A stretch of DNA of 64,000 bases from Aplysia californica (GCF_000002075.1 NW_004797418.1:427090-491089), one strand, 5' to 3'; counted from the first letter of the stretch, positions 1 to 13,641 are shown. Made by a program: numbers and translations. The notes: generated from the letters alone by a model not told the origin.

Positions 1-484
1 ACTTTAATTGCTTCAATGGAAGGTCTGCCTAACAGCCGTTTCTCAGTCCCTTGATAACATATAAGTCTTGTTCGGACTTACAATTTTTCTTTTCCAGGGT
101 TGTTGGAAATACACCGATTACATCTAGTTTTGAACCTCTTGGTCCATAGAGTTTCTTGTCAGTTTGTTTTAGCACTTTTGTGTCTCTAAAATATTTGTCT
201 GAGACTACAGACACATCTGCTCCTGTGTCTATACGAAATGTCATTTTCTGTCTGTTGAGTAATATCTCTAGGTGCCAACTATTCACTGAATCGATTTCCT
301 GTATTGAACCTAGGACTGTTGTGGTATTATTACCATGATGATGGTCTGAATCTTCTACTCGTCTCACTTCTTTTGTTCTGCACTGCGAAGCATAATGTCC
401 TATCTTTTTACATTTGTTGCACTCAACTCTTACTGCAGGACAATCTTGGTTACATGTATTTTTATGTGAATCATATTCACACAT
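1..484 (-). mobile_element. Ty3/Gypsy LTR retrotransposon fragment (gag zinc knuckle and aspartic protease)
   Basis: ORF 29..484 contains the CNKCKKIGHYASQC knuckle and FRIDTGADVS protease motif. Duplicate of 29955-30440. Confidence 0.9.
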
Positions 485-1119
485 TGTGCATTTCTTTTTG
501 AACGGAAATCGTTTCCAAAAGAAAAGAAGAAGCAGTTTTAAAGTGATAAAAGGTTACAATATCCAAAGGATAGAAAACAACAGTCCTCATTTCCTGCTCT
601 CTAGCAATGTTCTGTCGTCTGCTTTCGTCTCCTCTTTCTGCCCTCCACCCCCTCACCTCCTTTGCCCCTTCCTCTAGGCTCCTGATTCGCCGGCCGGGAA
701 AAACAAACATTACAGCATGATATAATTCATTATTCTTTAATATATCTCTATCTATCGTTCAATTCATCTATTGATACCTTGGTGATGATGGATACCTTGC
801 GGGCTTTGGTGCTGGGGGGAACTGAGCACTTATGGACCTGTCCGGTGTGCAATGACGTTGTTGCCCAGGACAGGTAATACAGGTATTCATCTATTGTAAC
901 ATAGCCAAAGCGCAACAAGTTTTCCAGAATCAGCTGGTTGGGAATTGTGTAAGTATACATTATATGTGTACGTTACACTATTAAACAACAGCAACCACCC
1001 CCCCCCCCCCCAAAGAAAAAAGGGTATTTGTTGTTGTTTTTTCTTAAATAGACAAAGAAAAATACCGATGTAAGCATATCACCTTAAAAACCAAGTAAAA
1101 GTAAACAAATTAGGACGTT

Positions 1120-1380
1120 TGTGTTGATATTTGTCGTTATTTTGTTATCAGTTGTTATTTGTTGCTATCAGTTGTTATCAGTTGTTATTTGTTGTAATCT
1201 CGACAAAGATAAATACCGATGTAAGACTTCCTTAAAAACCAAGTAAGAGCAACTAAATTTAGGAAGTTTGTGTCGATATTTGTCGTTGTTTTGTTGTTAT
1301 TTGTTGTTATCAGTTGTTTGTTGTTGTTATCAGTTAGTTGCTATTTGTTGTTATCGGTTGCTATTTATTGTTATCTCGAC
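1120..1380. repeat. Low-complexity (GTT/GTTATCA) tract with local duplication; shorter in copy B
   Basis: gttgttatcagtt repeats; aaataccgatgtaag...aaaaaccaagtaa occurs twice (about 1060 and about 1210). Confidence 0.8.
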
Positions 1381-1394
1381 AAAAATAAATACCT

Positions 1395-4346
1395 AAAAAA
1401 CTGAACTGAGTGCTCACTGTGGGCCCAACGCTTCATACTCTGATTATATGCTGATTGGTATGCAGCACGTCTAATGTGTTGAACAAGGGCTGCACAAGTT
1501 GGTGGAATAGCTTCGTAGAATTTGTGCTTTATGGAAAAGATCTCCAGTCGTGCATCATCAACAGCTTCAGGACACCCATCCCATGTCTGCCATGCTGACA
1601 TTTTGCCCTTTCAAGAATGCAGGCACAATATCACAGCCTGTAAAGGCATGGAAGAGCACAATACCACTGTTCCTCTCTGGGGTGAGGGTTGTGGTGAGCT
1701 CATGCACGGAGATTCCCTTCAGATTTCGTCCTTGCCCAAGAGCTATCCACATTTCCTGGAGTCCCAATTCCTGTAATTGTGAGAAAGTGACAACAACAAT
1801 CACAAGAACATCTATGTCATTGGCTTTTATCATGACTGTTTCGGAGCCCCCTTTTACAGTATCCAATGTAGGGAAGATTCTTCTTGTACTTGTATCAGCT
1901 TCCTCGTGGTTGCAGTGTAACCTTGTCATCCAGTATGGCTGCTAGCTGTGACTTATGGCGGACATGCAGCATTCCTTCATGACTCAGAGAAGCTGGACAT
2001 GGCTGACACTTGAGACGGAAGAACTCATGTAGATCGCATTCTATGTTCTGATAGGAAATTTTGAATAATTATGAGAAAAGCTGGCTTTTGAATGGCAATT
2101 GCTGAAAGAAGTCAATTTTTGCCTTCATTATTGCGCATAGAACGAGCTTGTATCTTCATGCTTTCGTGTCTCTAAGTAAGTGCGCCTCAAAAGATGAATT
2201 CCCAGTTGAAGGGTGAGTAGCAATCTTATTAGCACTACAAGGGGATGCTCTATCCTTGGTATCCAGACTGAGTAGATTTCCAGATTCTTCTTGAAATTGA
2301 TTGCCCATGTCCCCGAGCGTGCTTGTCAACCTTTGGACCATTTCCAGGAAGCTTCTCTGGCAGGTGGGCGCCTGTTCCTGATGTTTCGTCTGCTCTGAGA
2401 CATTCCTCAATACTGACGCCTCCTCATATTGTGCAACAAGCTGTGACAGCAGGGCCGGCACCCATCCATCTTCTCAGTGCTGATGGATCTTCAGATTCCG
2501 ACTGCTCCTCCATCAACTTTGATTATTGCATTGGCTTGTTCATGTGCTTGGTCAACTGCCATTTCTGAGAAATCTCTGTTGGATTTGGGAACTACAAATT
2601 TCCCAGCATGAAATCTCCAAAGTCAGCATATCTATCAGGTGCATAGGAAGCCACCATGCATAGTTCACGTTTTTGTTTGCAAATAAATATGGTATAAGCT
2701 GACATAAGGCCTGACGGTAGAGACTGAAGTTGGAAGTTCTCAAGGACCTGATGAATAGCAGAACAACTAACCTCATTGTCAGCACAATGTTCCTGTAACA
2801 GAACTGTGGGCTCTGTAGTTTGCGATGTTCACATCCGTCTTCAAAACTTCGGGTCAGCCCATTCTTCTATATATGTAGAGTAAGTTGTTTTCATTAACTG
2901 GTAGGGGCTGCACGTTGTTACTTGGTGGGTTTGATGGGTCTTGCTGAGACATGCTGCTGATAGGAAAGAATCTGCTGAGCCAGATGAAGCTGCCCCCGCT
3001 TCAGTTAGAGCTCCTGTCCATCCACTGTCTTGAAAGAGTGAACCGAGTGAACGCAGCACATTTATCTCACTATGCAATCCTCCAAACATGATGACGAATT
3101 GACTCTCGCCATAATCTTTGGGCCACTGCCACAGGATCTGTTCGGCTGTGGCATATATCGGCTGATCTGCTGTGATCACAGGCACTTGTCCGTGGTTAAG
3201 AAATCTCACTGCATCCCTAATCTTGTCCACGACATGTCTTACTGTAGCTGCAGAGCGGACTTGATGTCTCAGCAGAGGGAGCATAGTGGATATACATTGT
3301 ACAAGCTTTGAAAACAGGACCCCTCTTCTTGTCTGCCTAATGGGAAGACCATGAGATATTTACATTGTCATGGACCTCAATGATGAAGACTTTCTGGGCC
3401 ATTCATGCTCCAGTCAGCTGTGGTTTCAAAATCTCCATGAGTCTGGTAGAGTCATGTTAGTCACTTCAGGAGGATATTATGGACTCTTATTGGTGAAGTG
3501 GGCAGGTTTGATGTGCGCTATAAAATCTGGAATTTCTGGGACTGTCTTCACCATGTCACCCTTTTCTTGCAATTTCTGCAGCTGTTCTCCCTCATTCTCA
3601 GAGGTGGGGTGCTGGAACAGCGATAAACTTATACCATGGAAAGATGTCGTTGATGTTGTAGCAGATGGATTGTGGTCTATGTTGTCTGTGGCCGAAGTGG
3701 TGAACAGTCCTCTTCGCAGCTCCAGGAGAGGGGGGGGGGGTGGGGGTGGGAGGGGGGCAGATGACTCCATTTCTGATGTACTCAAACACAACAGCATCCC
3801 CCCCCCCCCCCCCCCCCCAGCTCGGCGGACATCTCCAACACTCGATCATAGAATACGTTTAATCCATTTGCCTGGAGCATTTGTGTGAGCTTCTTCGTCC
3901 TGGTCTTTGCAAACACTGACAGACCAATGCAGAGGGGGAATGGAGTCTCTCGATCCTTTGAGTGTCTGTGGTTAGTGGCACCATCTTTGAATCTATCGTA
4001 GCAGTTTAAAATCACTTCAATTGTTATAACATGTTGAAAAACATATTAAGGTGGTGATATCGTGTAAGCATATGCAAATTTGGATTTTTCATGGTCGATT
4101 ACATACATATATTTTGACACCAAAACCATATAATTTGCTCTTCTGCCTCATGCTGTGTGACATTATAGGGTTGCGCATACCGGCAATGGCGGCCATCTTG
4201 AAAAATGGCGGCCATTTTGAAAAAAAATTGCATAGTAAACGTTCGATTTATGAATACGCCTGTCATTGCGGATACGTGTGCCAATTTTGGTGCTTGTATG
4301 ACGATGTGAATGATTCGGCCGATTTTTGCAATTAGCTGCCCCACTA
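1395..4346 (-). mobile_element. Decayed Academ (AcademX, XPG-nuclease-bearing) DNA transposon with one terminus
   Basis: Fragmented ORFs with MFGGLH.E, GWTGAL.EA, NYA.WL..H..DM, D.DVLVI, FHAFTGCD (XPG/FEN H3TH-like) and PPT.AAL.QH..RAAYQ. Terminus 5'-TAGTGGGG on the minus strand (ccccacta ends at 4346), with AAAATGGCGGCCAT motifs in the terminal region. Superfamily assigned from recalled Academ architecture. Confidence 0.7.
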
Positions 4347-4656
4347 TTATGAAGGCCTATAGTTTGTTGCGAGGGACTGTAGTAATCACGAGGGCCAAGG
4401 GCAGACAGCGTGACGGCACTGGTTCTTCGCCTTGCCAGATTGTCCGCTCAGCACCCTAAAGTGGGCACTCTCAGTCTCAACCCCGTCGGTTCGTTTACGT
4501 GAGCTCTCGACTAGCCTAGTATTTAATTTGTAACCTCTTTGGGGATGCCAAAGAGAGACTGGACTGCCACACAGATTCAGTAGGCGGTGGTCCTGGCGAG
4601 AATTCATTTGTTGGGGTTTCAGAGAGGCACAACACAAAATTTATAGCCTTGTTAAT

Positions 4657-4695
<39 letters not shown>

Positions 4696-4835
4696 ATCAA
4701 TCCAGCAACAGCTGGGCTCTCGCTATTCTGTCCAATGCCATGTACTGAGTTGCTCCTGAGTCAGGAGCAACTCATTATCATTATTACCTTTATTTTAAGA
4801 GAGAATGACAATGATAGCTTTAACAATAAACCAAA

Positions 4836-4866
<31 letters not shown>

Positions 4867-4909
4867 CACACACACATACACACACACATACACACACACA
4901 CACACACAC
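4836..4909. repeat. (CA)n microsatellite (homolog 34890-34942); (TTG)n at 4657-4694
   Basis: Direct reading. Confidence 0.95.
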
Positions 4910-7840
4910 GCCCAAAATGCTAAGTCGGTACATGCGATAGTTTACCTGGCAACTAGCATGCTGTGAAGTTTGGTTGCCACTTTGTGAACAAAGAAAGTTC
5001 AAACAAGACGCAGTGACGTGACTCGTGACAGTCTGTTTCTGCTCCGGCGTGTTTATAAGACGGTAAACGTACACGTATTTTGATTGAATTGATCAGAAAT
5101 ATATTGCCTACAAACGAGTATCAAGATTCACAAGGTGAGTAAAATAGTCATTTTTTATGTTATGGTCACTTGACATTTAATAAAAATCGATGACATTTGC
5201 CTTTTCGAATTCTTTCAAATCTTAATTCTACTGAGTCTACCATGCGGAGTGAAAGAGAAGGAAGAAAGTAAGTTCACACCTTGTTTACTTTTTTTTAAAA
5301 ACACTTTCATTAGCTGTACAGAAGAAGGAGAGTGTAGCCAACTGCTTTGCGTAAAAGCAACCCATTTTCTAAAGTATAAACGTGTCATTTTTATTAACAA
5401 ACCCAGTCGCTTACTTTGTCCTCTCCCTCCGCCCGCGAAAAACAAACAATATTGCTTGATACTAATCTCTTTGTCTGTCGTCATTTAAAGTCCACGTTTA
5501 AGTACACTTGTTTCCCAAGATCAGTCAGTAGGTGCGGTAATGTATGTTACATGACTAAACAACAACATTTTAAAAACAGACATCACTAAATACTCTCTGT
5601 GAGCTCAACGATTCACACTCTGTGAAGACCCATAGAGGGGTCGCGAAGGACGCACGTGATAATGGCCCTGATTGTTGCCTCATTGGCAATATGGCCGCCC
5701 TTATTCGTGTTATACCGTGTTACATAATGTGCTGCTCTCTGGTGTGGGCAAACCAAGTCGAGGTTTTAGATTCTAGATCTAGATCTAGGTCTACAGTAAG
5801 ATCCTTTGGGCAAACGCACGCAGCCACCGTTCGCTTACGTGGGTGACGTCATAGCTGTGAGCTCTAGTACTATTTATGGCCTCTTTGGGGAGGACGAGGA
5901 CAAAGTGAGAATGGACGTCATCGCACATTAGTTATCATGAGAGCCGGTACTTTCGGTAAAAAACAAAAGTACCGAAGCTCTGCGCGTTTGATCGATATTG
6001 ATATAAATGATTGCTGATTACTAGATCTATACCTGTACCATCCATGCGTTATTTATCTTGGCTGCTCTTATTGGCCCACATGGGCAAATAAGCTGGGGCT
6101 TATTGGCCCACGTGAGCCATTTAATGCGTTGTTTTTCAATGTATTTCATAACATGGTGTTGTCCCAACTTGTTCTCTTTTATCTTTTCTCACTTTATCCC
6201 TTCTTGTTAATGTTTTCCCGAGGCATTCTCTAGCTTTAATAGTTTTGTTATTATTAAGATTATTAAGAAATAATAAGATTACGGCTATTACTTTTAGCAT
6301 TCTGTATCCTTAATAACACAAGTGCGTTTTAGTCATCTTTTTGTTGGTTTGGGAGTCATTCTAGATAGAGATCTATACTTCCTTAATATTATAGTAGAAA
6401 TTGACTTACTTTCATCCTAACTGTTGTAAGGGAATTTTATATGCCCCTGTGGGTCAATTTCGATTTCCGATTTATCTTATATGTCTGCCTAATTCAATGA
6501 CATTCTTATTTTGACTGCACACATGCACTTGATGCATTGGATTTGATCAAAGGGTAGTAGGTCTTTAAACAGATTCAAAAGGGTGGTGAGGTACTCAAAT
6601 TCTTATAAAGACTCCTCTTATTGTTGTTGTTAGTCGAAAACTGATTTCATAAAAAGAAAACAACAACCCAGGAACCGCTAGATATCTATAGATCTACGTC
6701 TAGATCTAGATTCTAGATCTAGACAATAGTAATAATATCAATAATGGGTTACAAAACATAAAATCCCTCTAATTGAGCTAAAGCTTATATCGAGGTGCTA
6801 ATTAATGGAAACACGAAATGTAGATACCTAGACTCCTGGACTGTTTGATCTTGTCCCAACAAGATAATAATATGTTTGCTTGGTACTTAATTTTAACCCG
6901 CAATGGAAAACAAGCTAGCTACACCATTTACAGTGGAAGCATCTGATTGGACCATTAGACATATAGGCCTAATAAGCATTATTGACCTATTATAGCTATC
7001 AGTGCACGAGTCTAGCAGTGCGCGGCACAGTTTGACCATAGTGCGGCTGTGAGATAGGGATTTCTATCCGGCACACGTTGCTGCCCACTGCGCAGAGACC
7101 GGTACTTATACTATTTGACCAGAGACTCTTAAATATAATTAAATTCACTCTGATTTGACCCAAAGATTAAATATTGCATGCTTTAAATAAGTTTACCTGG
7201 CAACCAGCAGTCATGCCGCGAAGTTTGATTGTCATTTCGTAAACAAACAAGGAAAGTTCAATCAATTATCAAAGTACAGCCTTAGCTTGTATAAGAGTGT
7301 GTAGATGGTCAACTTTATTAAAAATTAAGTTGATTCTATAAACTACAAACGAGTGTATCAATCAAGATTCAGAAGGTGAGAAAGACATTTTTTAAGATGC
7401 GTTCAGTTGATATTTAATACATGTAATTATTGACTTTGTGCATTCAAATCTTCAACTTCTTTTGAGTCTATCATAACGGAAAAGAACACGTGGTGTTCAC
7501 CTTTTTATACACTTTAGCTGTAAATCAAATACTCTGATTTTGGGGAGTGATTAAAATATTGAAGTTTCTATCAAAAGGAAACTTTCTTTTGTAGACATCT
7601 TATATAGATTTGGATCTAGATTCTCTAGATCTAGATTCTAGGTAGATCTAGTTTAGCCAAATCTGTTTTCGTAAAAAAAATAATATTCAAGACAATCTCT
7701 TTCTGCATCAGTAGAAGTAGATTCTCTCTAGATCTAGATTTATCTAGATATCTAGTATCTAATCAAAATTGTGTAAAAACGAGATCTAAGCCATTTTGTG
7801 AGGCACACAAGTGTCTTTTTTATATACAAATTTAGTAACT

Positions 7841-7972
7841 NNNNNNNNNNNNNNNNNNNNNNNNNNNNNNNNNNNNNNNNNNNNNNNNNNNNNNNNNNNN
7901 NNNNNNNNNNNNNNNNNNNNNNNNNNNNNNNNNNNNNNNNNNNNNNNNNNNNNNNNNNNNNNNNNNNNNNNN
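7841..7972. other. Assembly gap (others: 8642-8741, 11433-11582, 36641-36933, 50285-50428, 50709-50808, 52448-52656)
   Basis: Runs of N. Confidence 1.
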
Positions 7973-8741
7973 TTCTACACTTAGTGTAGAATTCTGTGGT
8001 ATGGCAGCAATTCTTTTCAGGAAAAAAACCCAAAAAACTTTACTCGGTACATGCGTTTAAAAAGTTTTCCTGGCAACCAGCAGCCATGCCGGGAAGTTTA
8101 ATTGACATTTTGTAAACAAAGACAGCTGACAGCCTCCCCAGTGTTTATTTAATCGGATGATCAACGTATTTCGATAAAAATCAATCAGAAATGTAGTTTA
8201 CAAACGAATGTCAAGGTTCAGAAGGTGTGTCTTTTTGTAACTGGGTACAACATGGCGTTAATATTATAGATGTGTATGGCTGTTTCCTCACTTTGAAGCA
8301 GGAACCACTTCTTCAGGAACTCAAACTTGTTTCTTCATTGGCAAATTATATTGATTCGTAGCAGAAGCTTTTATACTTCCTTGATGAAAGGCAAATAGTC
8401 TGCATTGATTGTATATATAGATCTAGTAGACTTACACCATGCGTGCTTGATTGGATTGTTATATATTATAGATCTAGTGTCTTGGGCTTGGGTAAATTTT
8501 TTCGAAGTGACTATTTCTCCGAACGTTCGGAGAAATAGTGCATATCTTTATTTCTCCGAACGGTTTCCGGCTTCCGCTCTGACTCTGGTCGTGATTGTTT
8601 GCCTATTTGCGAGAGTTCGGCGCCAACTTTCATTCCGCCATNNNNNNNNNNNNNNNNNNNNNNNNNNNNNNNNNNNNNNNNNNNNNNNNNNNNNNNNNNN
8701 NNNNNNNNNNNNNNNNNNNNNNNNNNNNNNNNNNNNNNNNN

Positions 8742-11700
8742 TTTTTAAAACACTTTCATTAGCTGTACAGAAGGAGGAGAGTGCAGCCAACTGCTTTGCG
8801 TAAAAGCAACCCATTTTCTAAAGTATAAACGTGTCATTTTTATTAACAAACCCAGTCGCTTACTTTGTCCTCTCCCTCCGCCCGCTAAAAACAAACAATA
8901 TTGCTTGATACTAATCTCTTTGTCTGTCGTCATTTAAAGTCCACGTTTAAGTACACTTGTTTCCCAAGATCAGTCAGTAGGTGCGGTAATGTACGTTACA
9001 GGACTAAACAACAACATTTTAAAAACAGACATCACTAATTACTCTCTGTGAGCTCAACGATTCACTCTGTGAAGACCCATAGAGGGGTCGCGAAGGACGC
9101 ACGTGATAATGGCCCTGATTGTTGCCTCATCGGCAATATGGCCGCCCTTATTCATGTTATACAGTGTTACATAATGTGCTGCTCTCTGGTGTGGGCAAAC
9201 CAAGTCGAGGTTTTAGATTCTAGATCTAGATCTAGGCCTACAGTAAGGTCCTTTGGGCAAACGCACGCAGCCACCGTTCGCTTACGTGGGTGACGTCATA
9301 GCTGTGAGCTCTAGTACTATTTATGGCCTCTTTGGGGAGGACGAGGACAAAGTGGGAATGGACGTCATCGCACATTAGTTATCATGAGAGCCGGTACTTT
9401 CGGTAAAAAACAAAAGTACGGAAGCTCTGCGCGTTTGATCGATATTGATATAAATGATTGCTGATTACTAGATCTATATACCTGTACCATCCATGCGTTA
9501 TTTATTTTGGCTGCTCTTATTGGCCCACATGGGCAAATAAGCTGAGGCCTATTGGCCCACGTGAGCCATTTAATGCGTTGTTTTTCAATGTATTTCATAA
9601 CATGGTGTTGTCCCAACTTGTTCTCTTTTATCTTTTCTCACTTTATCCCTTCTTGTTAATGTTTTCCCGAGGCATTCTCTAGCTTTAATAGTTTTGTTAT
9701 TATTAAGATTATTAAGAAATAATAAGATTACGGCTATTACTTTTAGCATTCTGTATCCTTAATAACACAAGTGCGTTTTAGTCATCTTTTTGTTGGTTTG
9801 GGAGTCATTCTAGATAGAGATCTATACTTCCTTAATATTATAGTAGAAATTGACTTACTTTCATCCTAACTGAAAACTTAAAATGTCATGTCACTGGTGT
9901 AAAATATATGTTATTATTAAGATTATTAAGAAATAATAAGATTACGGCTATTAGATTTTGCTGTTGTATTTTCATTTTTATCATTTGTGGATTTAAAAAT
10001 AATAATTTTTTTTTTTTTTGGGGGGGGGCAAACTCAGGGGAGATAACTCGTAATTTTGTGACAAATAATACATGTTGTAAGGGAATTTTATATGCCCCTG
10101 TGGGTCAATTTCGATTTCCGATTTATCTTATATGTCTTCCTAATTCAATGACATTCTTATTTTGACTGCACACATGCACTTGATGCATTGGATTTGATCA
10201 AAGGGTAGTAGGTCTTTAAACAGATTCAAAAGGGTGGTGAGGTACTCAAATTCTGATAAAGACTCCTCTTATTGTTGTTGTTAGTCGAATACTGATTTCA
10301 TAAAAAGAAAACAACAACCCAGGAACCGCTAGATATCTATAGATCTACGTCTAGATCTAGATCTAGACAATAGTAATAATATCAATAATGGGTTACAAAA
10401 CATAAAATCCCTCTAATTGAGCTAAAGCTTATATCGAGGTGCTAATTAATGGAAACACGAAATGTAGATACCTAGACTCCTGGACTGTTTGATCTTGTCC
10501 CAACAAGATAATAATATGTTTGCTTGGTACTTAATTTTAACCCGCAATGGAAAACAAGCTAGCTACACCATTTACAGTGGAAGCATCTGATTGGACCATT
10601 AGACATATATATAGGCCAAATAAGCATTATTGACCTATTATAGCTATCAGTGCGCGAGTCTAGCAGTGCGCGGCACAGTTTGACCATAGTGCGGCTGTGA
10701 GATAGGGATTTCTATCCGGCACACGTTGCTGCCCACTGCGCAGAGACCGGTACTTATACTATTTGACCAGAGACTCTTAAATATAATTAAATTCTCTCTG
10801 ATTTGACCCATAGATTAAATATTGCATGCTTTAAATAAGTTTACCTGGCAACCAGCAGTCATGCCGCGAAGTTTGATTGTCATTTCGTAAACAAACAAGG
10901 AAAGTTCAATCAATTATCAAAGTGCAGCCTAAGCTTGTAGGGTGTGTAGATGGTCAACTTTTTTGATTAAGTTGATTCTATAAACTACAAACGAGTGTAT
11001 CAATCAAGATTCAGAAGGTGAGAAAGACATTTTTAAAGATATGCGTTCAGTTGATATTTAATACATGTAATTATTGACTTGTGCATTCAAAGCTTCAACT
11101 TCTTCCGAGTCTATCATAACGGAAAAGAACACGTGGTGTTCACCTTTTTATACGCTTCTGTAAATCAAATACTCTGATCTTGGGGAGGGGTTAAAATATT
11201 GAAGTTTCTATCAAAAGGAAACTTTGGGGTTAAAATATTGAAGTTTCTATCAAAAGGAAACTTAATCTAGGTAGATCTAGTTGAGCCAAATCTGTTTTTG
11301 TAAAAAAAAATATATTAAAGACAATTTAATCCTCTTTCTGCATCAGTAGAAGTAGTATCTAATCAATATTGTGTAAAAACTAGATCTAAGCCATTTTGTG
11401 AGGCACAAAAGTGTCTTTTATATATACAAACTNNNNNNNNNNNNNNNNNNNNNNNNNNNNNNNNNNNNNNNNNNNNNNNNNNNNNNNNNNNNNNNNNNNN
11501 NNNNNNNNNNNNNNNNNNNNNNNNNNNNNNNNNNNNNNNNNNNNNNNNNNNNNNNNNNNNNNNNNNNNNNNNNNNNNNNNNNTGTGGCCTACGTGCCATA
11601 CGTTTTCCAAAATCAGCAGGTGCTGACTAATAATTGCGTAGGCATACATGATTAAACAACAGAAGAAAAAAAATCATGACTGAGTGCATCACACTTCTCT

Positions 11701-12190
11701 TCACGCTCTATGATTATATGAAAGCCTACAGTTCGTTGCGAGGGACGCGTTGGTTCTTCGCCTTATACCGGATTGGCCGCTCAGCGCCCCGAAGTGGGCA
11801 CACTGAACCCCGATTCCTTTACATGAATCGTGGGTGGCGTCGGAATCTTTATTGATTTTCATACTAAAAATATATATACAAATTCAAAAATGGGAGAAAA
11901 ACAACCTTGTATTAAATCGGCTCAAGGTTCTCTGCGTAGGCTTCCTCGGAGGCAACTGAAAGTATGGCAGCAATTCTTTTCAGGAAAAAAAAACAACCTT
12001 TACTCGGTACATGCGTTAAAAAAGTTTTCCTGGCAACCAGCAGCCATGCCGGGAAGTTTAATTGGCATTTTGTAAACAAAGACAGCTGAAAGCCTCCCCA
12101 GTGTTTATTTAATCGGATGATCAACGTATTTCGATAAAAATCAATCAGAAATATAGTTTACAAACGAATGTCAAGGTTCAGAAGGTGAGG
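8742..12190 (+). repeat. Near-identical direct repeat of about 5297-8225 (possibly a second haplotype assembled in tandem)
   Basis: ORFs 5622..5846 vs 9048..9293 and 5215..5484 vs 8745..8933 are near identical. The copies are separated by an exactly 100-N gap (8642-8741), and each has a gap at the same internal position. Confidence 0.85.
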
Positions 12191-13641
12191 AAATAATGTG
12201 AGGGTTTTTAATTGCCGATGTGTGTTCCATAGCCAATATTATGTAGTGCATATCTGCGTGCTGGTCTAGAAGTAAAAATTTACGTTAACATGTTTAGCAC
12301 ATGATAGCGCATGCCAGACTTCACATCACAGAAGTGTTGTGTGCAAGCCAAATTAATTAAATTTTTATAGTTTTTACAGCCTTTCCATTTTCCTTTTGAT
12401 CGTTAAATGGTAAGCGTTGGCCGACTAAAAGGTTTTTCCCGGCTGGAAGAATTTCAGCATGATTATTTTATTTGCCTGACTTGCATCAACTGTTCAATAA
12501 AACAACAGGCATCGAAAACAATATTCAGCTCTTATATTTTTGTCCACCTCTGTTGTTTAGCCACAACACTACTTCATCCTCTTCTTGGACTTCCAAAGGA
12601 CTTTTAAGGAATGTATGCAGAAATACTCTACTCAAATTACAGAGAGCAGCAAAATAGAGGCTTTTCTGTCTTACTTGTAGACTGCTGCAAATGTTTCAAA
12701 ACTGTCAGATTCTTCTTTTTCTTTTAGCTTTCGGACGTTGCTTCTTGGACTTTTCTTCAATAAATAAGCTTGCTATTCTGCTTAAAGTAATGTTTTGATC
12801 CCAAGCCAAGTTTCATTGTCCAGTTCCTATACCATGTTAAAAATTTGAAAAATACAGTATGTAAACAAATTCTTTATTTTTGGTTTTCAATTTTCTTATC
12901 ATAAGTAGGCCTACAGCATTTGCTGAGAATTCATGACTTTGTGGCAGCCTGCTTTTGGAGGTCTGCTGATAAAGGCTGTATCCTTTACAATCCCAAAAAC
13001 ACTGTCATGCTTCGGAGTATACCTTCTCATGTTCAATGAATGCAGAGACGTACACACCATTCCACAAGTACAATATGTACTACTTTAAAAGATGACTGCA
13101 GCACTGACACTGTCACCGAGACCCAATTATTATTAGTTTTAGAGCAGTAGGCTAAGCGGTCTGTAGTTTGTTTTTGCACTGACTGGTAGTATAGTGGTAG
13201 TGTAGTGCCAAGTGAAGTTGGAGCTCACTGTTCGGAATACATGTTCATGTTTCTGGTTCCCAACTAGCCCTGTAATTCAGTTAGTTATTTGTACACATAT
13301 TTCTGTATTTCAACATCAACATTCAGGAAATTTGTGACTTAAACTTAATTAGCTGTTTATTTTTAAATATCAAAGCAACTTGGGTCTTGAGAATGAAATT
13401 TAAGTATAAAATAGTGATGTTTTCATCTTTTTCAATTCTTTTCTTCCAACTTGCAATAGGGGGAGTTGGGTCTTGAACTTGAGTGCAAATCTTTGCCACT
13501 GTTTCGGCCTTATCATCGCTAGTGTGTGGGTTCTTGGGTCTTGGTTCTTATTTCTCTGTAACTGCAGCTTCTTTAAACATTTCTCCATTTCTCCCCAGAT
13601 TTTCTCACAGTTGATTTGCCAACTCTGTCTGATCTACAGCA

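Larger units (their letters stand above)
4350..12190 (+). promoter_or_regulatory. Array of duplicated promoter/non-coding first-exon-like modules upstream of PRR11-like copy A
   Basis: Recurring unit: X-box GTTT(A/T)CCTGGCAAC (4940, 7191, 8064, 10839, 12024), then GT(A/G)AACAAA forkhead-like site, then caaacgagt...caagattcagAAG|GT donor (GT at 5135, 7376, 8225, 11018, 12185; GTGAG in all but 8225). Full CRE TGACGTCA at 5844 and 9291. Confidence 0.55.

Noticed and set aside
4350-13600. Head-to-head SKA2 partner as in vertebrate PRR11 loci
   Set aside because: No recognisable SKA2-like coding sequence on the minus strand; small exons could be missed without a search.
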